A stretch of DNA of 62,962 nucleotides, filler included, from Asterionella formosa (lineage: Eukaryota), in the NCBI GenBank assembly GCA_002256025.1. It is 25 parts of 25 records of this genome, joined end to end, with 100 filler letters (N's around TTAATTAATTAA, not from the genome) between each part and the next. Parts side by side here need not be neighbours in the genome. Positions count along the whole stretch, not along the records: positions 35,969 to 37,466 come from NKIB01002192.1; positions 37,567 to 39,063 come from NKIB01002193.1; positions 39,164 to 40,660 come from NKIB01002194.1; positions 40,761 to 42,255 come from NKIB01002196.1; positions 42,356 to 43,850 come from NKIB01002197.1; positions 43,951 to 45,449 come from NKIB01002198.1; positions 45,550 to 47,043 come from NKIB01002200.1; 18 more parts are not named here. One strand, written 5' to 3'. How positions within the stretch are numbered: position 1 is the stretch's first letter; each line of letters begins with the position of its first letter. A program made the translations under genes and the position numbers. Below, in pieces: positions 35,869 to 47,143 of the stretch. The notes beneath the pieces are model-generated. The model saw only the letters and a program-made list of their open reading frames with translations, was not told where the DNA came from and did not search any database.

Positions 35869-35968
35869 NNNNNNNNNNNNNNNNNNNNNNNNNNNNNNNN
35901 NNNNNNNNNNNNTTAATTAATTAANNNNNNNNNNNNNNNNNNNNNNNNNNNNNNNNNNNNNNNNNNNN

Positions 35969-37466
35969 TCACAACTCCCTCCGAGGAGCCATGCCAACCG
36001 TTGTTGGTCAAAACCGAGGGCGAAATTCGGCCCTAACGTCCGAACTTTCGCGATCAATTCTGCCATGTGTGGCTCGGTACGTAGAACACGCCACCGACCA
36101 CACGTGAACACTAAGTGTTCCAGCGTTTCTGGTTCATCCATACCACAAAATGGACACTTCCTCAAATACCTATGAGGCATTCGCTTCCACCCCACCAAGG
36201 TGGGGACAGTTACAAATGCCCCAATCCGACACCGAACTATCAAAGCCAGTCCTGCTTGGTCTTTGGGACTGCCCCCCACACGTGACCGTGTGAGTGGATG
36301 CTTGTCAAATCCGGCTCCCTCATACCACACTGTGCGGGCCCCCGACGGACGAGTCAAGTTCCGTCGGATCCCACACTCTCTCTCCAAGATGCATGCTTTC
36401 ACTACCTCAGCCAGTACCTTTGGTTCCAGGCTCTGCCATCCAGCACCCAAGTACCGGTACCTCTCCACAATAGACACCGGTGCATGGGGGAGCGCATAGC
36501 GTTTCAGCCAGCGCGGAACCCCTGAGCACCATGTCCATTTCTGACTTCGGAATGGTCTTAGGACCAATTCCTGAAGCCAGGTTTTGAGACCCGAGGCCTT
36601 GGCATAAGCTCTGGCCCGTCGGGCACCCGCCAAGGCACACATTGGCAACATCCGTGCCTCCTTCCAAAGGCCTACTGATGGCACATCCCCTGCCCTCCTG
36701 GCTCCAATGCTAGCCCTAAGGCATCGGTTCAGAAGAACCTGCATTTTGTCCGTAAGGTGACGGTTCATACCATACAGCTCAGCCCCAAAAAGGAGGCGGG
36801 GGGCAACTACTCCTGCAACAGTCAGCAAACGCATGGCCATTGGTACCACCGGGCACCGTAGAAACGGTACCAAGGTGGCAACTGTGGCCCGCCCTTGCTT
36901 GACTCTATGGTCCACCATAGACGAGATAGACAGACCTGGTGTCATGAGGACACCCAGATACATATATCTGTCCACAACAGGGAGTGGAAGTCCCTCCAGT
37001 TCCAGTCCAGCCACATCTTGTCCAGGGACAAGCGGTTCGGTGGCCGGGTCTGGGTCTGGCGGTAGGAATTCCATCAGCCCGCACTTCCCTATGCCCACAC
37101 TCATCTCGTTAGCTGTAACCCAGTTGGTAACGTGCGTACAGAACCGTTTGGCCGCCTCCAGGGAGGGGCAGATTCCGGCCGCATCATCAGCAAAGAGGGT
37201 ACATCCTACTGTCAGTGTGGAGTTCCGCCATGTGCGACTGTCCCCAGTTGGTACCAGGGCACCGCTCTCCTCCGTCCCCACTGCCAAGTCATCAATGAAG
37301 ATGTTGAACAGTATAGGCGAAAGAGGGCAACCCTGCCGCACACCTCGCAACAGTCTGCAGGGGTCCGAGTAAAGGGCAGTCAAGCCACCCCCCACTCGTA
37401 CCCTGATTGTACTGCTGCGATAAAGGGCACGTAGAAAAGCAAGGCAACGTCCCCTGATCCCAAACC
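35969..37466 (-). mobile_element. Non-LTR retrotransposon (LINE) ORF2 fragment: RT C-half plus CCHC zinc finger, intact frame
   Basis: GVRQGCPLSPILFNIFIDDL, LFADD, YMYLGV, CPFC...ETLEHLVFTC; open across the whole contig. Confidence 0.94.
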
Positions 37467-37635
37467 NNNNNNNNNNNNNNNNNNNNNNNNNNNNNNNNNN
37501 NNNNNNNNNNTTAATTAATTAANNNNNNNNNNNNNNNNNNNNNNNNNNNNNNNNNNNNNNNNNNNNGGTGAACAAAACAGGCAAGGCCATGAAAAAAGTG
37601 GAGAAATGCTGGAAACCAAAAGGAACAAAAGAGCA

Positions 37636-37754
37636 AAAGAACAACACCCGGGATTCCAACGTGGTCCCCCACCGTAGTACTAACCGGGCCCGATGATGCT
37701 TGACTTCGCTGAGCAGACGGGAAGCGGTATTGTCATCATGGTATGGTCGTTCCT
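37636..37754 (-). rRNA. 5S: 5S rRNA gene
   Basis: Minus strand AGGAACGACCATACC...GAAGTCAAGC...GGTTAGTACT...GGACCAC..GGAATCCCGGGTGTTGTTCTT; helix I pairs; TTTT terminators downstream; AT-rich TATA-like element about 25-30 bp upstream. Confidence 0.95.
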
Positions 37755-38527
37755 GAATTTAGAGTTGTTGAGAAAATATAAAAATAGTGCTAATGATATT
37801 ACCGGTGTACTATTCCACATCTATGTACCTGGTACCAGGTACCCTGTACGAGGTTCTCCCATGTGGTACGGTACCCTACCTTGCACGGAATTTGGCAACC
37901 AGATGCATAACGGTACCAGTTAGTAGTATAAACTGTATGTACCAGTTCTATGATTTTGTATTTGGTACCCTGCTAGCAGGTAGATTTTCACGATAACTAC
38001 CATACCGTAAATATTAGCCAACAATCAAGATTCGGTTCCCATTGGAATATTGAATCTTGACACTCCTGCTTTGTTGTTTTGCTTCTTCATCATGCAGTCA
38101 CATTAACAATCATCATTAGCCATGGCTGAACTGATCCTTTCCAGCCAGCACGTTGGCTGGCCATGTATGTTGCTGTTTTCATATGCCATACGTATGAAAA
38201 TACATATATTTGCTTATATAATGTGCACTCATCACTTGATGGTTACTGATTTATAGTACAATGCCAGTACTACGCATGATAGTGTTTAACAGTTCAGTAT
38301 ACATACACAACAGTCACTTTCTGGAGAGAAACTGACGAGAGAAAGTATAAGAACGATTCTCATTGTTTGTATCCTATACTAACGGCAGTCTACTTCCACC
38401 TTTATTTGATAATACATACATGCATGTGAATGCCACAAAACGAGGCAACGCAAATACTAAGCAAGGAGTCGTTTACATTCCATTTTACTATACAGCTATA
38501 ATATAATATATACCAACATAAACAAGG

Positions 38528-39063
38528 ATGTTGTATGGATCCATTGTGAATGAAGAATATGCCATACCGCTTGATGATGATGATGATGATGACTTGTTGT
38601 TGAACAAGAGCAAGAACAATGATTACAAGGCATCCACTACCATGACATATTCAACCAGTTCCGTCGAACGATATTGCTTCCAAGAGACTGCTGACAATAC
38701 CGACTACAATGACAATGTGACAACCTTCAAAACTGGAGGCAATACTACGACTACTAATTGGTTCTTCCAACTACTTGGATTTTCATCCAACCCTCTCATT
38801 AGTACTACTTCGATCACTGGCCTTAAACAACACCAACTACACTACTCTGGAAAAAACAGCGCAGCTGCTGATATGAGACTTGCCATGTTATCCAACTTTT
38901 CGACGGCATATAATATCATGAGCATATCCTTGGCACTGCCAATGTTACAAACTACTACTGCAAGGAATGACTCTGATAATAATATCAAGTCTCTATGTTC
39001 CTCAGCACTTATTGCTGGTATGATACTGGGTCAATTATGTGGTGGAACATTGGGTGACGTTTG
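38528..39063 (+). CDS. MFS transporter, PHO84/PHT1-like phosphate transporter; N-terminal part only
   Basis: LAMLSNFSTAYNIMSISLAL (TM1) and SSALIAGMILGQLCGGTLGD (TM2, start of motif A); cut by contig end. Confidence 0.78.
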
Positions 39064-39163
39064 NNNNNNNNNNNNNNNNNNNNNNNNNNNNNNNNNNNNN
39101 NNNNNNNTTAATTAATTAANNNNNNNNNNNNNNNNNNNNNNNNNNNNNNNNNNNNNNNNNNNN

Positions 39164-39996
39164 CAGTCTCTTGCAATATGCCCGACATATTTATTGCAAT
39201 TATAGCACTTTATCTCATTTTTTTCGTTCGTACCGTTTGCATTCGTTCCGCTTGTGTTCGTTTTTGATCGGCACACGTCGGCCTTGTGCCCTTGTTTGCC
39301 GCAGTTCTTGCAGATACCTCTGTATTTCTGCGTGAATAGGGCGATCTCCTTTGTGCTCTTCGTGCCCTTTAGCTTTCGTTTGTAGAATGCTCGGATCTTG
39401 CCTTTCAATTCGTTGAGGCTGATTGTTGTCATGCCCTCGACGACTGTAACAACCTCGCTGTACTCCACTGGAAGCTTGTCGATAACGTTCGCAATCACTT
39501 CCATTTCTTTCTTCTCAAATGACGGGTCGATCGCCATCATCTTGCTTTGTATTAGATCGAGCTCAATGAACCATTCGTCTGGATCAGAGGAGCTATCGTT
39601 CAGCTTGCATTTGTTGAAATCGCTTGCCAGCTGGATCAGGTCCGACACAGAATGGGGGGCATACCTCGCTTCGAGGTTCTTCCACGCCATGTATGCATCG
39701 CCATCGATCAACGTTTTCGTTTTGGCTTGGTTTACGAGTCCGAAGGCGATTCCGGTGCAGCTCATGATGAGCAACTGGTACGCCTTGTCGTTGGCCTCGT
39801 AGATAGCCCTGACTCCTTTGTCTGTCTCGACTTCGTACTCTTCGTCAGAACACGGGTTGTGGTTCTTGGAGTACATCGTTCGGAATCCTCTTGCCTTCGC
39901 CAGAGCGAGCGTTTTAACGCTCCACTGGTACCAGTTCGTTTCGTTGCCATCAAACTTGATGAGCCTCATGCTCTCTTCAGACATTTCTGTAGACAT
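39164..39996 (-). mobile_element. Copia family A gag (intact, partial) with two CCHC zinc knuckles
   Basis: KFDG....WYQWSVK, AW..LEARYAP, DPDEWF, LP.EY, CKNCGKQGHKADVC, CYNCNKYVGHIARD. Confidence 0.92.
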
Positions 39997-40025
39997 GTTA
40001 AAACACTTAAGTCCGTTTATAAACG

Positions 40026-40447
40026 TGTTAAAGTATTACCTTTTTGTATAGATCTATATCGTTAGACAAAGAAGACTATAGATAGAGACGTTCGTTTCTC
40101 TTTCCGTTTCTATATTCTTATTGTGAGTTTACTAATCTAGTTTAGGTTGTTCTGTTTGAACAAAACAAACGAACTATTCTCCAAATGCTGTTTGCATTTC
40201 TAGGAACATACAATCATAGATAGACCCATGCCTATCTCATACTTACTGATCATAGGTTTTTAACCATGATCATTCATTTCAAACTATTGGTCTTCCGAAA
40301 TAGCTTATAATGTCCGGCTCATTATAGTCGGAGTAACAAGGTATAATGTGTGGTTGATGAGAGCTTGGTACATCAAAGTTGACTCATTCGAATCGGTTGA
40401 CTCGTTTGACTCCGAGTCCTAACTACGTAAATGAGCTCACTTTAACA
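40026..40447 (-). mobile_element. 5' LTR of Copia family A, 422 bp
   Basis: Bounded by a perfect 9-bp terminal inverted repeat TGTTAAAGT...ACTTTAACA; ends 29 bp upstream of the gag ATG. Confidence 0.85.
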
Positions 40448-40760
40448 CAGGTTTACCAAATTTGGTCAACACAAACACAAATTTTGGGGTTATGGGTACA
40501 ACGATTTGTGTTATAATACACATGATATAGTATTATTTTATTATCAGAGCGCGCCCAGTAAAAACCCATAATTCTATTAAAACTCTTAGGAACGATTACA
40601 ATCGATCACGGAGACATCGTTGTTCATATCTACAGCCTATTTGGTCCCTGACGTGTCCTTNNNNNNNNNNNNNNNNNNNNNNNNNNNNNNNNNNNNNNNN
40701 NNNNTTAATTAATTAANNNNNNNNNNNNNNNNNNNNNNNNNNNNNNNNNNNNNNNNNNNN

Positions 40761-41526
40761 AATTGCTTGAATTCTGATTCACCGACTCAAGTAGTTCAAT
40801 TCTATCCATGGCGATGTCCTTCAAATTGCAATCATTGTTGTATTTGCCAAATGGCGCAAAAAGGAGCCGGGCATCACCAGAAGTCTACCAATCAACAAAT
40901 CCAGGAACATGTCAGGTTGATTGCTATCATAAAGTAAGTCAAAATTATGAGAATCATCTGCTGTATTGTCACTATTCCATGCTTCTTCACCAAAGTCGCA
41001 TTTTCTTCTACTGGCAGAATGTATCATCACGCACCTTTGTAAAAATATTGGCAGAAGGTGTCATGACCTTTGTGAATATGTCATCAATTACTACATTGCC
41101 ATCATCCTTCCTCCCACCACACAATCACCTTGCAACACATGTATCCAGTCACAAAGATGAATTATTTCCAGATGGAAACTTCGGCTTGACTCCTCCTTCC
41201 ATTGTCAGGTACAGGTACACAAACTCATGCCAACCACTTCCTTTCTCACAATGACCATGCTGATACATGTCAACCAGAAGATTTTCTGCCAGAACCACCA
41301 CTTTATTTGCCTCTCTTCCTGTCTTTGCATTATTTTTAAAAATTGTTCTTGTTGACATAGTCTTGGTGAACTTCATGTCATCTTCGACAGTGAATCTCAG
41401 GTGCATGTGGTCACACAGCAGCTTGATTGGTATCCATTTCTGTTGGTCGGAATTTTCTGAACTGATAATATTAAAATAGCTCAAAATTAAATGAGAATAA
41501 ATGCCCTTGCAGATACATTGGCTCAT
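40761..41526 (-). pseudogene. Degenerate unknown ORF, possibly TE-derived
   Basis: 125-aa ORF continuing into broken frames; no recognisable motif. Confidence 0.25.
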
Positions 41527-43950
41527 TCTATTAGAACAGACGATGGTGAATCTTGAACCAGAGTTGGATCCATGAGATCACTAAGTTGTACAAAGAAAAG
41601 CGACAGTCAAAGATGACCATTGAGCGAGGAGGCAAAACAACAAGCTTTTTTGCCTGTTATCATAAAATTTAGAAGGGTTAGGGTTATCCGTTGTACTAGG
41701 TCTACATGAGCCAACCCGACGTCCTCAAAATTTGGACACAGCCAGTCATAAGATGAATACCGGGATGGCTGAATCAAATATTCCATACGTGAGTGAGTCT
41801 CTCCGTTCCAGGCTGGTACCAGGGTACCAGGTACCAGGTACCGGTGCCCGGGACAGTAGCTATTGTAGTCCAGACGTGGTGGCTGATGTCTAAAATCTAT
41901 TTTTATTATGTACCGGTACCTTGTACCGCACTGGTACTACCGGTACTCCGGAGTAATCTATTAAACGTCATATGACAACCGGCAATCCAAGTAGTATGTA
42001 GGTACCGGTACCTGTACCCTGGTACCAAGCAAGTTTCGGTTGCAGGTACCACCAGGTACAGGGTGGACTGGTACCAGGTACGGGGTTTTACTATCATACT
42101 GGTTCATAGTACCTGGTACCTAACACTCGTGGCTGTACAACAACTTCGATCCCTTGTAATATTTTACGGCGACCACTACAGCATTGTCGAGACGTGCACT
42201 TTTAAATCAAGACGGATGAACTTTCTTTCAAATTACCACCAACACAGCATTGAATNNNNNNNNNNNNNNNNNNNNNNNNNNNNNNNNNNNNNNNNNNNNT
42301 TAATTAATTAANNNNNNNNNNNNNNNNNNNNNNNNNNNNNNNNNNNNNNNNNNNNGGCTGGAGTCACTTAGAAAAGAGGTGGAATGTACCTTTGGAAATG
42401 CATGGCCTGCTGATTTTTCTTGCCATTCTCAAAGAATCAAACCCTTGTTATCAAGAGAATAGAATTGAATTCATCTCTAGTACTAATGGCAACAAAAAGA
42501 CTTGAATCCAATCCAGCCGTGAAAACAATAATTCATAGGCATTTCAACATCATCGTTTGATGCCAAAGCAGCACTTGTGATATCCTCCTCCTCCTCTTCA
42601 TCATCATCATTTGTTGCTGGGTTGCTGTAGCTTGTTCGACTCTTGAGGTATCGAAACATATGGTTTAAAAAAGATTGTCATTGTAGTCAACATTGTTCCC
42701 AGAAGGGAAAGTTCCATCAGGGATTAAAGATTGCGAACCAAATGCCAAGGCCTTCTTACAATTCAGCAGGGCAAGTTGGGCCATCTTCAAAATATTTTGA
42801 ACAGTAATTAAAGTAGGCATATTTTTCATCCTGCAAGAGATCTTGTGGTGAATTGGGAGTCAACTTCATATCTGTTTTGACAGTGGTCAAGAGAGTTGCA
42901 ATCTTTCAGCACCAAATCAAAGGCAGAAACTCAATCTAGATTTTCTGGGACAATTGAATGAGTTCCTCTCTAATCCAAAGGTTGTCAAACTGACCTTCTC
43001 CCCTCAGCAGAGACTCCAAATATCCAATGCTTCCTTTCACGGATGGATCGCTCGCCATCATGATAAAATAGGTAAATTTTATTTTTAAAATTTTGATCAT
43101 AATTGTTGGCCCTCCTGATATCTTCTCCGGAACAGCAATAGCAACAGTTTGTTTTGCAACTTCTTCTGCAATGCAGAGGGAGAAAGAGCTTCTTTCTTAA
43201 ACGGAAGGGGTGCTGGCGCCATGGTAAATGATGAGTGACAAATGACAGACAGATGTTGTAATGTTCTTGTTGCTGTTGTGAATGTACCCAGAGTATAAAT
43301 TTACGACACTGCATACACCATACTACTGCTACTATGTACAGGTATATATGTACGGTAATTGGATGAGGAGGCAGCAGCATCGCTCAAATTGCTGTAAAAA
43401 CTAACTAATTCCCGAATAAGAATCATGCTAGGAGTACCGGTATTTCATTTATAAAAGGAGTCTGATAAAAATATTTTACGGTTTTAAAAATATTTTTGTC
43501 GTCCTACCACATCACAGTCAATGGGTGGTTGAGAATGTTTAGGATTTCCCAAAAACCTATAGCATCGTTTTTGAGTCAGCCTGACCAAAACCAATCCAAA
43601 AAACGTTTTGGCTTTTGGCTTAGGTCCCTGGTAAGCAATGGCCTAACATTCTATATTTATTTTAACCATTTTGATTCCAGCTTTGGGCAATCTTGAATAA
43701 AATGCACAACGATGACAACCTATTTTTTTTCACCACCTATTCTAGAGCAAGTAGCAGAGGAAGATTGAACTCCATATTGGCCTATGAGCAAAGTTAAAAG
43801 AGAGAGATGAGAAATGGGATGATGAAATGGATTGTGGGCTTGATTTCGCTNNNNNNNNNNNNNNNNNNNNNNNNNNNNNNNNNNNNNNNNNNNNTTAATT
43901 AATTAANNNNNNNNNNNNNNNNNNNNNNNNNNNNNNNNNNNNNNNNNNNN

Positions 43951-44647
43951 CCCTTTCGTGTAGAAGGCCTGTTCACTCTTGTTCTTGTTAGTCGTTTTGA
44001 CGTCATCCCGGACATATAGATCGTAGTAGTCCCGGATGTCTGTCTTAATCTCTTCGACCGTTAGCGTGTTGCGCGCCAGGCCGAACCTTCCTACTACCAA
44101 ACTCTTGTAGCTTTCAGGTAGGTTGTTGATCATGTGTGCCACATAGGCACCATCCGAAACGGCGGAGCTCGTATTGCCCAATCGTTCCCGGATTCGATCC
44201 AACTCCACATACCAGCTGTCGGGGTTCTCGTTTTCCCCTAGAGTGCACTTCGTCCATTGGTGGGACAAGGCAATGACATTCGCCATGTTGCCTGACTCAT
44301 ACGTAGAAATGAGCTTGTCCCATGCTTCTTTAGCATTGCCGTTAGGAAACTCGGCACTTCTTGCATTATTTACGTGTCCGAATGGCCCAGCCACTCTGGC
44401 ATGCCATTATCAGACTTGCGTAAGCAACTGTGTTGCTCCTTCGGATGCGTCTCTCGTCAGCATCCGACAACACGATCGTATCGCCCTTTAGGTCTTTCTC
44501 TCCTCTTGGTAGTTCGTCACCGTTAAGTATTCCTTGAAAGTTCTTGTAGCACGCGTATGCGAGAAACTTCGCTTTCCACATGTGCCATTTAGCATCTTGC
44601 CCATCGAATGTCGGCAACCTCACTGACGTGTCTTCGTCACTTCCCAT
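43951..44647 (-). mobile_element. Copia family B gag, one frameshift near 44390
   Basis: LPTFDG..AKWHMWKAKFLAYA...LIMAC | PFGHVNNA..GNAKEAWDKL..YE, NPDSWY, NNLPESY; homologous to family A gag. Confidence 0.92.
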
Positions 44648-44691
44648 GGTTCCTGAGTAGCCTGTGGCCTTAAAGTGAACGCTTTAAAGCG

Positions 44692-45070
44692 TGTTGAAAG
44701 GTCTCGTACTCCTTCCCGTCTGACGGGTTCCTCTTACGTAGAACTTACCTGCTATACCACTAGTATTGTTATCTTCTTTCTGCTGCTAGCCTTCGTGCTA
44801 GTTTTCGCTATTGACCTTACTCTGTCAATTCTCACTGTTTCTTAATTATAAGATTAAACTAAAACTAAGTTTCAATCCCATTCATCACACTTCGAGAACC
44901 TGTTCTTCGTGTTCCCTTTTCGTTGATGTAAACCTTCTTCTGATTGATCTAAGACATCAATCTCGTTAGCAAGCTTCTTGACATGGGAACGCACCATTTG
45001 ACTCATTGGACTATAGTCGAGTCCACAGTCCTTGTGACTCATTATAGCCATTGATGCTATATTCTTGACA
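44692..45070 (-). mobile_element. 5' LTR of Copia family B, 379 bp, TGT...ACA
   Basis: Reverse complement of 47322-47700 with two mismatches. Confidence 0.96.
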
Positions 45071-45336
45071 CAGAAGGTCCGGGTAGACTAGACTACTGGT
45101 ACGTGGTACCACCTAGTACCAGGTACCAGGAGTAAGAATGATACGACATCCGACAATCCACATCACATGATGGACAAAGCCCCGAGGAGCATGTTTTCTA
45201 TTTCTTTACCCGGTCTATACAGTTGAGTCCTTCTTAACTTCCTTGTTGACCACCACCATACCAACCGGAAGCAGCACTCACTTATCATAGTCCCCAATCT
45301 AATCCAATCTAAAACACATCATAGAAAACACACAAA

Positions 45337-45449
45337 ATGAAGGATCGAACAAGCAACAATACACCCTTCCGTTCTCTCTGCTGCTTGTTCTTGTTGTTGC
45401 TTGGCCAAGTAATACTGACACCTGGATCGGCTTGGTCAAGTGCCGTCAC
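45337..45449 (+). CDS. Probable start of a host gene with a signal peptide (partial)
   Basis: MKDRTSNNTPFRSLCCLFLLLLGQVILTPGSA|WSS; hydrophobic core and a cleavage-like site; cut by contig end. Confidence 0.45.
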
Positions 45450-45569
45450 NNNNNNNNNNNNNNNNNNNNNNNNNNNNNNNNNNNNNNNNNNNNTTAATTA
45501 ATTAANNNNNNNNNNNNNNNNNNNNNNNNNNNNNNNNNNNNNNNNNNNNACTACCTCCTTTGCACCATT

Positions 45570-46397
45570 ATGGCAACGCATATGAGCTTGAGACAGCATC
45601 TCCTCAGTGGAGGAAAGTCATATGGTACCATGCTCTTGTCCAACTCACCAATTGTCGCTGAGTTGATGGCATCCATGGGATACAGCCACTTGATTCTGGA
45701 TCATGAACATTGCCCAACGGACTTTGCAAGTGGTCAACAAATACTCCAAGCCATTCGAGCTGCACAATCCAAAACAGAGCCTATTGTACGAGTTCCCTCT
45801 GCTAATGACCCTGTCTATATGAAAAAGGTTCTGGACTCCTTGCGGCTACCAGCTGGTTTGCTGGTGCCAATGGTGAACGATGCAGCCACAGCTGAGGCTG
45901 TTGTCAAGTCAATACGATATCCAAGGCAACTGAATCATCAAAACGAGGTAGACGGCATTAGAGGATGTGCTGTTCCTTTTGTTAGAGCGAGTGGCTGGGG
46001 TATGGAAGATGATTACATGAATCGATGCCATGAAGACTTAATTGTTATGGTTCAAGTAGAAACACCGCAAGGTGTTGCAGCCATTGACGAGATTGCTGAC
46101 GTGGAAGGAATCGATCTCATTTTCTTGGGACCAATGGATTTATCCTGCAGCATTGGGAAGATGGGGCAATTCGATGATCCTGAAGTGAAAGGACTGATCA
46201 CCAAAGCAGAAAGGACCATACAGAGGAATCCAAAGGTACTCCTAGGTGGGTTTCGTCCACCTGGCAGAGACTTGGGAGAGATGTTTGGTGACAGTGGATA
46301 TAGCCTTGTGTGTGGTTCTGTTGATATGGGTCTATTGCGAGAGGCTGCTCAAGTGGATGTTGCATTGGCTGGGAAACTAACCAATTATGGAATTTGA
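45570..46397 (+). CDS. HpcH/HpaI family aldolase (class II pyruvate aldolase)
   Basis: ILDHEH, IVRVP, KKVLD, LVPMV, RYP...GIRG, QVET, IFLGPMDLS. Confidence 0.92.
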   Translation: MATHMSLRQHLLSGGKSYGTMLLSNSPIVAELMASMGYSHLILDHEHCPTDFASGQQILQAIRAAQSKTEPIVRVPSANDPVYMKKVLDSLRLPAGLLVPMVNDAATAEAVVKSIRYPRQLNHQNEVDGIRGCAVPFVRASGWGMEDDYMNRCHEDLIVMVQVETPQGVAAIDEIADVEGIDLIFLGPMDLSCSIGKMGQFDDPEVKGLITKAERTIQRNPKVLLGGFRPPGRDLGEMFGDSGYSLVCGSVDMGLLREAAQVDVALAGKLTNYGI

Positions 46398-46555
46398 TTT
46401 GCATTGCTGTGGCAGGTTCAGTGGAGAAAGGATTATTATTGTAGCATTGAGATTCATCATGAATATTAATTTCGCATTAAATTTACGCATGTTAGTTTAG
46501 TAAAGATGATGCTGAACAATGATGTGCACATCAAATCACACACGGGAAAATAGTG

Positions 46556-46670
46556 TGAATTAAATTTTATAGTACATTAAAGCTATCCAATAATTGCACC
46601 TGTGCCCACTTGAAATTAAATTTTATAGTACATTAAAGCTATCCAATTATTGCACCTGTGCCCACGTGAA
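46556..46670 (+). repeat. 56-bp tandem duplication
   Basis: aattaaattttatagtacattaaagctatccaat(a/t)attgcacctgtgcccac twice. Confidence 0.9.
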
Positions 46671-46759
46671 TGGAAACAATTTTTTTGTCCACAGTACAAC
46701 GGGACCTGTCTCTTTGTCAGCCTCACCTCCAGAACCTTAGGGACTACATAAAAGAAAGA

Positions 46760-46826
46760 CAGGTGGAGAATGCAGGAATCTAACCCAGCAACTCATGAAG
46801 TGTACTAACCAATTAAGACATTCCCC
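46760..46826 (-). ncRNA. tRNA-derived Pol III-like element, second, more degenerate copy
   Basis: Minus strand GGGGAATGTCTTAATTGGTTAG...GGGTTAGATTCCTGCATTCTCCACCTG followed by TCTTTCTTTT. Confidence 0.45.
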
Positions 46827-47143
46827 ACACAGCATCCTCATATCAATGACCTGATATATAACTATTATAAACTATGTATGCACAATGCATTCAACTTGAA
46901 TGTTGACTAATGAAGAGACTGGTAATAGAATACTAGTACTTACTGGTAAACAAACAACTTTGAAATCTCATCACCATATCTTACTTCCATGATAATTCCC
47001 ATGTCATGCACAATTCATCCTTTGTGCAGACAAGTTGATACAANNNNNNNNNNNNNNNNNNNNNNNNNNNNNNNNNNNNNNNNNNNNTTAATTAATTAAN
47101 NNNNNNNNNNNNNNNNNNNNNNNNNNNNNNNNNNNNNNNNNNN

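Noticed and set aside
40488..40550. PBS-like GGTTATGGG and TATCAGAGC near the family A LTR
   Set aside because: They are outside the LTR, on the far side from gag and on the wrong strand for this element, and are incomplete matches.
41676..41686. Telomere-like GGGTTAGGGTT
   Set aside because: Fewer than two full units, internal to the contig; compatible with chance.
42356..43850. Possible genes in contigs 42356-43850, 53511-56595 and 59880-61371
   Set aside because: Only short, stop-interrupted frames without motifs; likely decayed repeats or intergenic DNA.
44366..44400. Programmed frameshift in Copia B gag
   Set aside because: No slippery sequence, it lies early in gag, and the family A homolog is uninterrupted there; more likely a mutation or an assembly error.
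45570..46397. Bacterial contamination or recent HGT of the intronless aldolase
   Set aside because: Flanks are non-coding and host-like, with no operon context; many host genes here also lack introns. Origin cannot be judged without phylogeny.
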